Source: Laetmonice hystrix
Lineage: Eukaryota
Direction of reading: 5' to 3'
DNA: 64,000 bases
NCBI GenBank assembly: GCA_965235115.1
Contig: OZ249436.1
Location: 45,262,001-45,326,000, forward strand
This document shows positions 62,859-64,000 of this stretch, piece by piece. Each line of letters begins with the position of its first letter. The first letter of the stretch is position 1. The position numbers and the translations under genes were made by a program. The notes beneath the pieces were generated by a model, which had not been told where the DNA came from, made no database searches, and worked only from the letters and a program-made list of their open reading frames with translations.

Positions 62859-64000
62859 TCCTCATCCCAATTCTGTGGGAGTGTTTCCATGGTCGAGTAA
62901 CCCGCCGCGGGCTGTCCCCAGAACTTTGCTGTCTCCTGTATGGCGGAGATAGGCACGGACTGGTCTTCAGGGGACTCTCCTCATAGGGCTTGTTATCTTA
63001 CGGTGACATTCCAAGGCATGGCGGTGTGCGATTTCTGTAAATATCTCGACCATTATATCATTATGCCATAGCCCATACCGTTTCCATTGCACGTTTCCAT
63101 TGCCAACTTGCTTGGCCAGTTTCCAGGGCCAGTTTTCTGGACCCAATTTCTCTTCCAGCCTCCTACAGAAATCTATTTAAAAACCCGGCTTCATGCTCTG
63201 ACGATTCAGCCATTGAACAAGCCACTTAAAGGGAAATGTGAGTGTTCGAAACGACCACTGGAACGTTCAAAATATTTCTATGGGGGATAGCCTTTGTCCC
63301 GAGGAGTACAGAGAAACAAAAAAAAATCACATGTCACCGAATTAGCCTTTTTTATACAGGCCTCCGTAAAAAAATGGGTCTTTACTATGTTTCAATGGGA
63401 AAAACGGGATTTTTCAGACATTTTGACTAATAGTTAAAAAACGACCACTGATTTTCTCCTGAAACTCGGTGACAAGATAAAGTGGATCATTACTAATAGT
63501 TTAAAACAAAAAAATTGGGGGTCACCGAATTAAAAAAAAGTTACGGCCTGCCAAACAGTCAGGCGTACAACACTGTGGCACTTACCCCATGAAGCAAACA
63601 TGAAGACAGCGTTTATAAACACTTTTTGTTGACCACATTGTGTTATCCTCCGAAAATGCCACACTGCCAATACACGGAGGTTAATTGCCCCTAATTGGGA
63701 ACCCCTGGTCTAATGACACGCCTCCATGAGAATGGCATACATGTATAGCCCAGCGTACGCCCTTGAACGCCCTATTTCCTAGTTAACCCGGTGGTGATTT
63801 AGCGGAATCATCGTTTGATACATCACCAATGTCAGTTGTAATCAGGGATCGTCCACAAGGGCCTCCAGGTTCAAACATGCAGGGCACACACCCAGAGACA
63901 CTGGGCGCAACCCATGTAAAGGCAGTCGGCCACAGAGCTTACCTGAGCATCATTAGCTCATGGATTATCTACAGACAGCCATCGACGTCAGGAGACCTGG

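Overview
Repeat-rich eukaryotic DNA, most likely a bilaterian invertebrate (inferred from spliceosomal introns, TTAGGG-type hexamers and a tRNA-derived SINE). Nothing prokaryotic and no CRISPR array. The only recognisable protein gene is the 5' part of an SLC9B/NHA-type Na+/H+ antiporter on the + strand (coding exons 54729-55494 and 58736-58823). The rest is a 2075-bp tandem macro-repeat (1-8047), about 15 mini/microsatellites, many small non-autonomous TIR transposons (several nested, some with readable TSDs) and one SINE. Most listed ORFs are repeat artefacts. The main observation is a ~360-nt segment present in the 2075-bp units (one partial and three full copies) and as a strongly diverged, TATA-preceded copy at ~17934-18289. 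The two versions share only short sequence anchors but keep about nine helices in the same order, with compensatory changes and G-U pairs on the + strand. This is a candidate large structured non-coding RNA that I cannot assign to a known family by eye. All alignments and pairings were done by eye and need computational confirmation.
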